Source: an uncultured delta proteobacterium
Lineage (GTDB): Bacteria > Myxococcota_A > Polyangia > Polyangiales > Polyangiaceae
Length of the DNA stretch: 64,000 bases
Assembly: GCA_963716725.1 (NCBI GenBank)
Contig: CAVQUB010000010.1
Span: 96,001 to 160,000, forward strand
Direction: 5' to 3'
Positions 9,390 to 17,836 of this stretch are shown in pieces. The stretch's first letter is position 1. Each line of letters opens with the position of its first letter. The notes beneath the pieces are model-generated. The model was given only the letters and a program-made list of their open reading frames with translations. It made no database searches and was not told the DNA's origin. The position numbers and the translations under genes were made by a program.

Positions 9390-9653
9390 CTACGCTGAAC
9401 TCGTCGAGGTCACGACTTTCGTCGCGTCCGTGCCGAGGGCGCGTTCGCGTTCGCGTTCGCGCCGCCGCACATGCCAGATGCCCAACCCGATGAGCGTGCC
9501 GATCAGCATCAGGGGAAACAGGCTCAAGAAGATGGTGGAGCCCACGTAGGCGTCGCGGGTGGCGTTGTTCTGCGGGGTCCCGCAGACCGGGCATCCGGCG
9601 GCCACGGCCGGAGCCAAGAAGGCGAGGCAGCCCGCCCAGAGCCCGGGCCTCAT
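9390..9653 (-). CDS. Small membrane protein with signal peptide and CPVC motif; last gene of the oxidase operon
   Basis: MRPGLWAGCLAFLAPAVAAG-CPVC...one TM helix...basic tail; ATGA overlap with the upstream subunit III gene. Confidence 0.75.
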   Translation of the reverse strand: MRPGLWAGCLAFLAPAVAAGCPVCGTPQNNATRDAYVGSTIFLSLFPLMLIGTLIGLGIWHVRRRERERERALGTDATKVVTSTSSA

Positions 9654-10243
9654 AGGTAGACCCTCCAGTAGAGGATCGGCCAGAGACCGACCACGAAGAA
9701 CCAATACAGGCGGGTGGCAGTGAAGAAACCGGGACCGAGCTGTCCGCGCTTCGCCTTCGCGCGCGCCGTCGCCAGGGCGAGGAGCCCAGCGACGGCGTGC
9801 AGGGCATGCGCGCCCACCAAGAGGTAGAAGAAGCTACCCGCCGGCCCCGAGCGCATGGTGAGGCCCTCGCCGATCAGGCGCACGCACTCGTAGCCTTGGA
9901 AGCCCACGAAGGCCGCGCCCAGCCCGAGCGCCGCTCCGAGCATCGTGGCCGCGCGCCCGGCCGCGACGCGGTACTCGCGGCGCGCGAAGTAGACCGCCAC
10001 CCCGCTGGCGATGAGCACGCCAGTGTTGACCGCCGTGGCCGCGATGGGCAGGCGCACTTGACCCGGTGGTGGCCAGGCCCCGGGGGTCGTGATGCGGGTG
10101 ATGGTGAAGGCGCTGATCAGCGCAGCGAAGAACATCGCCTCCGCCGCCAAGAAAATTGCCATGCCGATCACCGCGTTCGGCGCGACTGCTTCCCGCGGCG
10201 GCAGGCCGGCAGGGCGATCGACGGGCAGTGCGGCGGAGGTCAA
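9650..10243 (-). CDS. ctaE: Heme-copper oxidase subunit III (second copy)
   Basis: GMAIFLAAEAMFF, NTGVLIASG, FYLLVGAHALH, YWFFVVGLWP; TTG start. Confidence 0.88.
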   Translation of the reverse strand: MTSAALPVDRPAGLPPREAVAPNAVIGMAIFLAAEAMFFAALISAFTITRITTPGAWPPPGQVRLPIAATAVNTGVLIASGVAVYFARREYRVAAGRAATMLGAALGLGAAFVGFQGYECVRLIGEGLTMRSGPAGSFFYLLVGAHALHAVAGLLALATARAKAKRGQLGPGFFTATRLYWFFVVGLWPILYWRVYL

Positions 10244-10244
10244 G

Positions 10245-10691
10245 TCAGTGCGCCTGGTGGGGTTGGTGTTTGATTGCTTCGAGTGCGCGCTTCACCTCTT
10301 GCTCCGCGGCCTCGTTCTTCCAGTTGTGACCCTTGTGCGCCATCACGTCGGGTGCGACGCCGAAGAAGAGCAGCACCATGAACGCCACCATGGTCGCGAG
10401 CATGTAGACGATGTAGCGGCGCTCGGTTCCGAGGTGCATGAAGTGCTTGGCTACCAGGTAGGCCTTGACCGTCGCGATACCGAATGCCGTCACCAGGGTG
10501 AGCACCGGGTGACCCAGCATGGGACCGACAACGCTGACCACCAGGAGCGCGACCAAGACCGCCCAAATCTGGACGTAGTGCATGTCGCCGTGGGGCGTGG
10601 CGTGGCCGTGGCCAGCCTTGGCGGGCCGAGCTGCCGGCGGCTCGCTCTGGGCCGCGGCGCTTCGATCGTGTTTCTTGCCGGAAGAAGCCAT
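10245..10691 (-). CDS. ctaF: Cytochrome c oxidase subunit IV family protein
   Basis: His-rich N-terminus, YVQIWAVLVAL, KAYLVAKHFMHL; ATG at 10691. Confidence 0.85.
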   Translation of the reverse strand: MASSGKKHDRSAAAQSEPPAARPAKAGHGHATPHGDMHYVQIWAVLVALLVVSVVGPMLGHPVLTLVTAFGIATVKAYLVAKHFMHLGTERRYIVYMLATMVAFMVLLFFGVAPDVMAHKGHNWKNEAAEQEVKRALEAIKHQPHQAH

Positions 10692-10702
10692 GGTGCCTCG
10701 CC

Positions 10703-11275
10703 TCACTTCGCGATGTAGAGCAGCGGAAACAGGAAGATCCACACCAGGTCGACGAAGTGCCAGTAGTTGGCGATGAGCTCGACGCGCTGGAGCTCTTTGC
10801 CCTCGGCGGCATCTTTGGCGACGATGCCCATGATGACCACGCCGGCGATCACGTGCACCGCGTGGAGCCCGGCGGCGGTGTAGTAGAACGACCAGAATGC
10901 GTTGGTGGTGAGCGTGAAGCCGTGGCTGATCTCCATGGTCCACTCGGCTGCCTTGACGCAGGCGAAGGTCAAGCCGCCGAGCATGGTGAACATCAGCAGC
11001 TTGGCGGCCCGCACGCCGTCTTTGCGCTCGGCCGCCTGATGGGCGAGCACGGCCGAGAGGCTCGAGCTGAGCAGCACCAGGGTGTTGAAGGCGCCTATCC
11101 ACGTGTTGGTGTTGGCGGCGTAGTCGCCAAACTCGGGGTGCCCGAGCCGGTGCATGATGTAGGAGGCCAAGAGACCGCCAAAGATCACGATTTCCGAGGC
11201 GATCAGCCACCAGACGGCGAGGCGACCGGTGGGGATGCCGGTGGCGCTGCGGGTCGTGGCAATGGGTTTGTTCAT
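10703..11275 (-). CDS. ctaE: Heme-copper oxidase subunit III
   Basis: WWLIASEIVIFGG, NTLVLLSSS, FYYTAAGLHAVHV, YWHFVDLVWIFLFPLLY; ATGA overlap with subunit I. Confidence 0.92.
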   Translation of the reverse strand: MNKPIATTRSATGIPTGRLAVWWLIASEIVIFGGLLASYIMHRLGHPEFGDYAANTNTWIGAFNTLVLLSSSLSAVLAHQAAERKDGVRAAKLLMFTMLGGLTFACVKAAEWTMEISHGFTLTTNAFWSFYYTAAGLHAVHVIAGVVIMGIVAKDAAEGKELQRVELIANYWHFVDLVWIFLFPLLYIAK

Positions 11276-12978
11276 TGCGCCGCCTCCGGCGTGGGCTCCG
11301 AGCCGTCGTCGGGCGGCTCGTCCTGGGGCCAGAAATCGCTCTCGCGCCCGGGCACCGAGTACTCGTAGGGGCCGCGGTAGACCGAGGGCAAGACCTCGAA
11401 GTTGCCATGCGGCGGCGGTGAGGCAGCCGCCCACTCGAGCGTATTGGCGTTCCAGGGGTTATTGCCCGCCCGCTTCCCGCTCTTCATGCTCTTGAAGAAA
11501 TTGTAGAAGAAGATCACCTGCGCCGCGAGCATCGCGACGGTGGCGATGGTGGCGATCATCCGGAGGTTCTGCAGGTCCGCGCGCGCGAGGTCGGGGAACT
11601 GCCGGTAGTCGTGGATGCGGCGGTGATCCCCGGCGGCGCCGGTGATGAACAGCGGGATGAAGATGAAGTTGAAGGGGATGATGGTCGTCCAGAAATGCAG
11701 CTTGCCCAGCTTCTCGTCCAGCATCTTGCCGAACATCTTCGGGAACCAGAAGGTGACGCCAGCGAAGGTCGCGATGATGGCGATGGGCACGAAGGTGTAG
11801 TGGAAGTGAGCGAGCACGAAGTAGGTGTCGTGGAAATAGATGTCCGAGCCGCTGGACCCCAGGTAGATGCCGGTCACGCCGCCGATTAGGAACTCGGCGA
11901 CGAAGGCCAGGGCCCAGAGCATGGGTGTCGTCAGCCGAATCGAGCCGCCGTAGAGCGTGGCGATGGTCACGAAAATCATCTCGGCGATGGGCACCGAGAT
12001 GAGCACCGTCGTGACCGTGAACACGTTGGCCATCCGCGGGTCGATGCCGGCCACGAACTGGTGATGTGCCCAGACGAAGAAGCTGAGAATACCCGTGGCA
12101 AAGGCCGTGTAGAGCACGGTCTTGTAGGCGAAGACCTTCTTCCGGGCGAAGACGGCGATGACGTCGATGGTGATGCCGGCCGCTGGCAGGAACACGACGT
12201 AGACCTCCGGGTGGCCGAAGAACCAGAACAAGTGCTGCCACAAGATCGGGTCACCGCCGCGGACCGGATCGTAGAAGCCGGTGCCGAACTGCTGGTCCAT
12301 GAGCAGCATGACCGCGCCGGCGACCAAGGGCCCGACGGAGCCCATGAACACGATGGTGGCCACCACGATCATCCAGATCACGACCGGGATCTGGTGCCAC
12401 TTCATGCCCGGGGCCCGCGAGTTCATCACGGTGGTCAGGAAGTTGATGCCGCCCATCAAGAAGGCGACGAACTCGAGGGCCACCGCCAAGAGCCAGAGCG
12501 TCGAGCCGGCTGGAGTGAGGCTGTATTGGTGCTTCGCCGAGAGCGGCGGATACGCTGTCCAGGCGCCGCCGAAGGCGCCGCCCGGCACGAAGAACGAGGC
12601 GAGCAGCACGAGGGCGCTGACGAGGAAGATCTGGTAGCTGAGACGATTCAGCCGCGGGAACACCATGTCGTCGCAGCCGATCATGAGCGGGATCAGGAAG
12701 TTCCCGAAGGCCGCGATCAGCACCGGCATCGCCACCCAGAAGATCATGATGGTGCCGTGGTTGGTGACCAGGGCGTTGTACTCGTTGGGCGATACCAAGC
12801 CGTAGCCAGGGACGCTCTGGCCCGGGAACCCGAGCTGCATGCGGAAGGCGTAGACGAAGAAGCCGCCGAGCAGGGCCATGGCCATGCCCGTGAACAGGTA
12901 CTGCAAACCGATGATCTTGTGGTCGGTGGACCACAGGTACTTCTTGACCCAGCCTTCTTGGGGGTGAGCGTGACTCAT
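11272..12978 (-). CDS. ctaD: Cytochrome c oxidase subunit I (A1-type GHPEVY motif, atypical K-channel)
   Basis: STDHK, NHGTIMIF, GAWTAYPPLS, WFFGHPEVY, VWAHH, HDTYFVLAHFHY, RR pair. Confidence 0.97.
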   Translation of the reverse strand: MSHAHPQEGWVKKYLWSTDHKIIGLQYLFTGMAMALLGGFFVYAFRMQLGFPGQSVPGYGLVSPNEYNALVTNHGTIMIFWVAMPVLIAAFGNFLIPLMIGCDDMVFPRLNRLSYQIFLVSALVLLASFFVPGGAFGGAWTAYPPLSAKHQYSLTPAGSTLWLLAVALEFVAFLMGGINFLTTVMNSRAPGMKWHQIPVVIWMIVVATIVFMGSVGPLVAGAVMLLMDQQFGTGFYDPVRGGDPILWQHLFWFFGHPEVYVVFLPAAGITIDVIAVFARKKVFAYKTVLYTAFATGILSFFVWAHHQFVAGIDPRMANVFTVTTVLISVPIAEMIFVTIATLYGGSIRLTTPMLWALAFVAEFLIGGVTGIYLGSSGSDIYFHDTYFVLAHFHYTFVPIAIIATFAGVTFWFPKMFGKMLDEKLGKLHFWTTIIPFNFIFIPLFITGAAGDHRRIHDYRQFPDLARADLQNLRMIATIATVAMLAAQVIFFYNFFKSMKSGKRAGNNPWNANTLEWAAASPPPHGNFEVLPSVYRGPYEYSVPGRESDFWPQDEPPDDGSEPTPEAAQ

Positions 12979-12981
12979 GGC

Positions 12982-13674
12982 TCAGGGGGCTTTCGCGCTG
13001 GCGAGCTTCTTCTGTGATTGCTCGGCGATCCAAGCGGCGTGCGCCGCGGGTGACTCGATGACGATGCGACCCGGCATCAGGCCGTGCCCTACGCCGCAGA
13101 TCTCGGCGCACTGGATGTCGAAGCTGCCGGTCTTGGTGGGCTTGAACCAGCCCTGGATGATGCGGCCCGGCACCGCGTCTTGCTTGAGGCGGAACACCGG
13201 AATGCTGAAGCTGTGCAGCACGTCGCGCGAGACCAAGTTGAAGTGGTAGGTCTTGTTGACTTCGACGTGCAGCTCGTCAGTCGTGCGGATGTCGTCATCG
13301 GTGCCGAGCTTGCCGTCCGAGCCGGGGTGCTCGAAGGTCCAGGCCCACTGCTGGGAGATGACGTTCACCTTTGCGTCGGGCTCCGGCATGGTCTGCTTCA
13401 CCGCGACCCAGACCTTGATCGCCATCACGATGATGACGATGTCGCAGGCCAAGATCATGTTGTGCGGGCGCGTGATCCACTTCTTCTCTTCCTTCTTCTC
13501 CCCGGTGATGTAGAGGGCCTTGCGACCCGCTTTCTCCTTGAATTTGAAGATGAGGTAGAAGAGCGCGCCCTGGGCGACGAAGAACCAGAAGCCGACCAGC
13601 ACCGTGATCAGCGTGATCAGGTTGTCGATCTCGGCGGCGTAGGTCGACGCTTGGGGGACGAGCCATTCAATCAT
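12982..13674 (-). CDS. ctaC: Cytochrome c oxidase subunit II (CuA, no fused cytochrome c)
   Basis: QQWAW, DVLHSF, CAEICGVGHGLM CuA motif; ATG at 13674. Confidence 0.95.
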   Translation of the reverse strand: MIEWLVPQASTYAAEIDNLITLITVLVGFWFFVAQGALFYLIFKFKEKAGRKALYITGEKKEEKKWITRPHNMILACDIVIIVMAIKVWVAVKQTMPEPDAKVNVISQQWAWTFEHPGSDGKLGTDDDIRTTDELHVEVNKTYHFNLVSRDVLHSFSIPVFRLKQDAVPGRIIQGWFKPTKTGSFDIQCAEICGVGHGLMPGRIVIESPAAHAAWIAEQSQKKLASAKAP

Positions 13675-13823
13675 CGCGAAAGCTCCACGGACGTGTCGGG
13701 CGAGTGCTTCGGCTCGCCTGCCAGCGCGAGAACCGAGGCTGCGGCCACGTAGGCCACGAGGGCGCCGGCGGTGAGCCAGAAGGTCCACTTCGCCACGGCG
13801 TCGCTGCTGATGTCTTTTGCCAT
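13671..13823 (-). CDS. Unannotated 50-aa single-TM protein
   Basis: MAKDISSDAVAKWTFWLTAGALVAYVAAASVLALAGEPKHSPDTSVELSR; GAGGAG SD before the ATG; stop overlaps the subunit II start (ATGA). Confidence 0.75.
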   Translation of the reverse strand: MAKDISSDAVAKWTFWLTAGALVAYVAAASVLALAGEPKHSPDTSVELSR

Positions 13824-13833
13824 GCCGCTCTCC

Positions 13834-14499
13834 TCACTTGGCCTGGGCGATGAACGCGGCGATGTCGCGCGTCGCCTGATCGTCGGGCAGCATCACGGCC
13901 TGGGGCCGCATCATGCCGCCGGTGGCGTCGTCCGGATGGGTGCCGCGGATGCCCTTGCGGAACCTCATGAGCTGAGTGGCGATGTACCAGTCACTCTGCG
14001 CCTGAAGGGGAGGCCCCTTGGTGCCCTCGTTGCCCTCGCCGCTCGCGCCGTGGCACGCAGCGCAGGGCTTGAAGAGGGTCGCACCGCGCGCCGGGTTTGC
14101 GTCCTTGATCTGCGCTTCAGGTCGGAAGCGGGGCATCTGCGAGACGTGCTGCGAGATGGTCTTGATGTCGCCGTCGTGGATCAGGGTGCGCGCTATGGGC
14201 CGCATCTGCATGCCCGTGATGTCGTCGGGGTGTGCTCCGCGCTGCCCACTGCGGAACTTGATCAGCTGCGCCTCGACGTACCAAGCGGGCAGTCCCGCGA
14301 TGGCCGGCGTGTTGGCAAAGCGGTTGCCGAGGCCGCTTTCGCCGTGGCACTGCGAGCAGAGCTGGTAGAGTTGCTCGGCCGAAGCGCCTGCGCCTGCGCC
14401 CGCGGGGGCGGTGTTGCACGCGGAGAGCGCGAGCAGCACGACGGCGGTGAGCGCCCCAACACAGAGTGCTCCCAGAGACCGGCGACTGTGGGTCGTCAT
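13834..14499 (-). CDS. Di-heme cytochrome c4-type lipoprotein
   Basis: CSQCH and CAACH, each followed by P.L/IAG/Q..WY and an axial Met; lipobox LLALSA-C; alternative start 14514. Confidence 0.9.
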   Translation of the reverse strand: MTTHSRRSLGALCVGALTAVVLLALSACNTAPAGAGAGASAEQLYQLCSQCHGESGLGNRFANTPAIAGLPAWYVEAQLIKFRSGQRGAHPDDITGMQMRPIARTLIHDGDIKTISQHVSQMPRFRPEAQIKDANPARGATLFKPCAACHGASGEGNEGTKGPPLQAQSDWYIATQLMRFRKGIRGTHPDDATGGMMRPQAVMLPDDQATRDIAAFIAQAK

Positions 14500-14813
14500 C
14501 TGTCCAATCCGCATCTCGATTCAGACGGCACCGTACAGCAAGCCGCAGCGCTTTCACCATGAAATTATCCCGAAAACAGACAGTTTTGTGTGGGATCGGG
14601 TCTGTGGGGGGGGGCGAGTGTTCCCGTTGGGGACGAACGACGGTCACGGGCGGCCTGCGCCGGACAGCGACGGGACATCGGTCCGTCGAACAGGGGGCGT
14701 GACCGGCCCCTCGCGGTACACGCACCGCCGCGCTCGGCGCAGCGGCGGCGCTGGGGACCGCGGGTGGGCGCGATCGATTCGACTGGACGTGGCCGTCCGG
14801 CGGACGCGCGGAT

Positions 14814-15353
14814 TCAGGGCGCTTCGGGCACTTCCGGCGCGGTCGGCGGCTTTGGAGCCGGCGTGGTCGGCGGCTTTGGAGCCGGCGTGGTCGGCGGCGC
14901 TGGCTTCTCTTCCGTCGGCTCCGGCGCTGCGGCGTCGGTCGCGGTCTCGGCCGCATCCGTGGTGGCCTCGCCGCCGTCCGCGCCTTCTGCCGTGACCTCG
15001 GCGCCGTCGGCGCCCGCATCTGCGTCGGGAACTTTCGGCGGCGGCGGTGGCGGGGTCGCCGACGCCGGGTCGTCGTTCAAGGACTTGACGACCATGGCCA
15101 TCGCGCGCTCGACAGGCAGCGCCGCGGTGCCCTTGGCCTTGTCCGACCAGGACGCAGGCGCGACGAGCTCGCCCTGCTGCTGGAGCGTCGTGTCCTTGGT
15201 AGCGCGCTCGAGGTCGATGGATTGATTGGCGAGCTGGGTCTCTGCGGCCTGGGTCGTCGACATCGTGTACGCGATGGAGGCGCCCACGCCCACCACACCC
15301 AGGAGCACCAACACGGCTGGAACGACGCTGGTCTGTTCGTTGTGCTTTGCCAT
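14814..15353 (-). CDS. ActG-like ACIII accessory membrane protein with Pro-rich tail
   Basis: One TM helix, WSDKAKGTAALPVERAM motif, position directly after actF, GGAG SD. Confidence 0.65.
   Translation of the reverse strand: MAKHNEQTSVVPAVLVLLGVVGVGASIAYTMSTTQAAETQLANQSIDLERATKDTTLQQQGELVAPASWSDKAKGTAALPVERAMAMVVKSLNDDPASATPPPPPPKVPDADAGADGAEVTAEGADGGEATTDAAETATDAAAPEPTEEKPAPPTTPAPKPPTTPAPKPPTAPEVPEAP
14841..14898. repeat. 24-bp coding tandem repeat (about 2.4 copies) encoding PPTTPAPK
   Basis: GGTCGGCGGCTTTGGAGCCGGCGT at 14841 and 14865, partial copy at 14889. Confidence 0.85.
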
Positions 15354-15372
15354 TCGTGGTCTCTCCGGCCGA

Positions 15373-16602
15373 TCAGAAGTTCTCGAACGCCAGCGATTTG
15401 TCCAGTCGCGGGTCCTTGATGGGCACCAGATTCACCTTCTGGGAGGAGAACGCGGCGGCAGCGATGAACAGCCCGAGCACACCAATGGTGCAGGTGAGGT
15501 CCATCAGGCTGAAGGGCAGATGCTCGGTGTGCATGTGCGGCTTGACCAGCCAGAACATGTCGAGCCAGTGCACGACCAAGATCCAGACCGCCCAGAAGCC
15601 AAGGCCAAAGCGATTGCGCTTCACGTGTCGCGACATCAGCCCGAAGAAAGGGATCACGAAGTTCACCGCGATCATCGCGAAGGAAACCATGCCCCACGGC
15701 CCGTGGGCGCGCAGGTGGTACCACTCCGTCTCTTCGGGGATGTTGGCGTACCAGATCAGCATGAACTGGCTGAAGGCGATGTAGGCCCAGAAGGCCGTGA
15801 ACGCGAACATCATCTTGCCGATGTCGTGGTAGTGCTCACTGGTCACGCTCTTGGCGAGGCGGCCGTTCTTTTGCAGCCACATCAGCGTGAGGGCGAAGAA
15901 CGAGTGGAAGCTGACCACCGCACCGGCGAAGTAGTAGACGCCGAAGATGGTCGAGTACCACTTGGGCTCCAGCGTCATCAGGAAGTCGATGGACGCGAAG
16001 GTCAGCGTCAACGCCAAGAGGATCATGCTCGGGGCACAGAGGCCCTGGAGCTTCGAACGGATTTCTGGCGCCCCGGTCTTGTCCTGCTCCACGCTCTTCG
16101 AGAACAGAAAGCGCGAGAGCACTCCCCAGAACACGAAGTAGATCACTAGGCGGACGACGAAGAAGTCCTTGTTGAGGTAGGCCGCCTTCTTGTGCAGCAT
16201 GTGGTCGGCCTGCATCTTGTTGCCGTCGGCCCAGATGTACAGCGTGGTGTCACCCATCAGGGTGGGGATCACGATGGGCAGCGAGAGCAGCGCCAGCATG
16301 GGCATCGTCGAAGCGAGGATCTCCCCGACGCGGCGGACCACGGTGCTCCACTTGGCGTTGACCAGGTGTTGGAGCACGACCCACCACAGGGCGCCGAGGC
16401 CGATGCTCAGGATCCACGCGTACGCCGTCAGGTACGAGTGCATGAACTGAGCCTTGTCGCCGGTGAACCCCAGGAAAAGGCTTGCGCCGAGGGCGACGGC
16501 GCCGACGCCGCCGGCGATCCCCATCAGCTTCGCAGCGAGGCCATCCATGCGGATGTTGTCGCCGAAGCCCCCGTCTTTGGCTGTCTCTGTCGTCTTGGCC
16601 AT
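15373..16602 (-). CDS. actF: Alternative complex III subunit ActF
   Basis: WSTVVRR, W.STIFG, HYHDIGK, FWAYIAFSQFMLIWYANIPEET; about 10 TM helices. Confidence 0.92.
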   Translation of the reverse strand: MAKTTETAKDGGFGDNIRMDGLAAKLMGIAGGVGAVALGASLFLGFTGDKAQFMHSYLTAYAWILSIGLGALWWVVLQHLVNAKWSTVVRRVGEILASTMPMLALLSLPIVIPTLMGDTTLYIWADGNKMQADHMLHKKAAYLNKDFFVVRLVIYFVFWGVLSRFLFSKSVEQDKTGAPEIRSKLQGLCAPSMILLALTLTFASIDFLMTLEPKWYSTIFGVYYFAGAVVSFHSFFALTLMWLQKNGRLAKSVTSEHYHDIGKMMFAFTAFWAYIAFSQFMLIWYANIPEETEWYHLRAHGPWGMVSFAMIAVNFVIPFFGLMSRHVKRNRFGLGFWAVWILVVHWLDMFWLVKPHMHTEHLPFSLMDLTCTIGVLGLFIAAAAFSSQKVNLVPIKDPRLDKSLAFENF

Positions 16603-16617
16603 CTCAGGGATCTCCAC

Positions 16618-17826
16618 TCACTTCAACGTGGCGCGTTCGGCGTCAGTCAGCTCACCCACCGGGGCAGCTTTGGCCTTTTGCAGGGCGCGTAGGTAGAGGA
16701 CGACGGCCCAGCGATCGTTCAACGAGATCTGCGAGGCGTAGGGCGGCATGTTACGGACGCCGTGGGTGACGACGTCGTAGAGCTGTCCGACCGGCATCTG
16801 TCGGAGGTAGTCCATGCCCATGTTGGTCGGCGGCACCCAGGTGCCCTCGGCGAGCGTCATGGCGCGTTGCGAGACCGGCCCGTCGCCGTTGCCGCTGATC
16901 CCGTGGCACGGTGCGCAGAAGATCTCGAAGCGCTCCTTGCCCTTGGCCATGCTCGCGGCATCGACGCTGAAAGCTTGGGGGAAGGTCCGGGCGAACTGGC
17001 CGTCGACCTTGCCTGCGGTGAGGTGCTCGTCGTCCGGGTGTTCGTCCATGGCGACAGTGCCCGGTTCGGGAGCACGCATCGCCATTTGGTCGGGGAAGAG
17101 CGGGTTTGGTTGCTGAGCTTGGTACTTCACCTGCCAGTCCATGTCGCCGACCGCGTGGATGCGGGTCTCCGTGGTCTTCGCGGCGCGCGCCTTGGCGATG
17201 AAAGCAAAGGGCACCAGCGCGAGGACGGCCACGACGGCTGCGGTGAGCAGCAGCGGCTTGGGCAGGCGATCGGAGGTCGAGCGGTCCTCGTGGACGAGGT
17301 CCACGGCGACCGGGTGGGTCCCGTCGAGCAGCTGCTGGGTGTCGTTCGCGTCGAACTTCTCGTCGCGACGCTCGATGAAGAGGAAGAAGCGATCGTCCGT
17401 GGCACGGCCGAAGGCCTGCAGGTGATCCAGGGGGTGCGCCGGCTGCGGCAGGTTGTTCAAGATGAGCATGCCGAAGAGCGCCGCGAAGGCGCTAAAGAGG
17501 ATGGTCACCTCGAAGTAGACCGGCACGCTGGCCGGGATGCTCCACATTGGCTTGCCGCTGGAGATGAACTTGTAGTCCACCGCATTGGTCCACCACTGCA
17601 GCCAGATGGCCGCACCCAGGCCGAGCAGAGCGGCGATGAGCACGAGCCAGGGCAGGGCGGTCATGCGAATGCCCATGGCCTTGTCGATGCCGTGGACAGG
17701 GAAGGGCGTGTACGTGTCCCATTTGGCGTAGCCCGCGTCGCGCACCTTCTTGCAGGCCGCGACCAGCGCGCTCGGGGTCTCGTACTCCGCCAACAGGCCG
17801 TGCAGATCGTCGTCGTGTTCGCTCAT
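16618..17826 (-). CDS. actDE: Fused ACIII subunits ActD (DUF3341) and ActE (monoheme c)
   Basis: N-half DTYTPFPVHG, SGKP, FEVTILF, DDRFFL; C-half DMDWQ, CAPCHG, GVRNMPPY, DRWAVVLYLRALQ. Confidence 0.9.
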   Translation of the reverse strand: MSEHDDDLHGLLAEYETPSALVAACKKVRDAGYAKWDTYTPFPVHGIDKAMGIRMTALPWLVLIAALLGLGAAIWLQWWTNAVDYKFISSGKPMWSIPASVPVYFEVTILFSAFAALFGMLILNNLPQPAHPLDHLQAFGRATDDRFFLFIERRDEKFDANDTQQLLDGTHPVAVDLVHEDRSTSDRLPKPLLLTAAVVAVLALVPFAFIAKARAAKTTETRIHAVGDMDWQVKYQAQQPNPLFPDQMAMRAPEPGTVAMDEHPDDEHLTAGKVDGQFARTFPQAFSVDAASMAKGKERFEIFCAPCHGISGNGDGPVSQRAMTLAEGTWVPPTNMGMDYLRQMPVGQLYDVVTHGVRNMPPYASQISLNDRWAVVLYLRALQKAKAAPVGELTDAERATLK

Positions 17827-17836
17827 GGTCGGACCC

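Noticed and set aside
11272..12978. Nitric oxide reductase identity for the atypical subunit I
   Set aside because: The cross-linking Tyr (HPEVY), D-channel residues and CuA subunit II are retained, as in O2 reductases.
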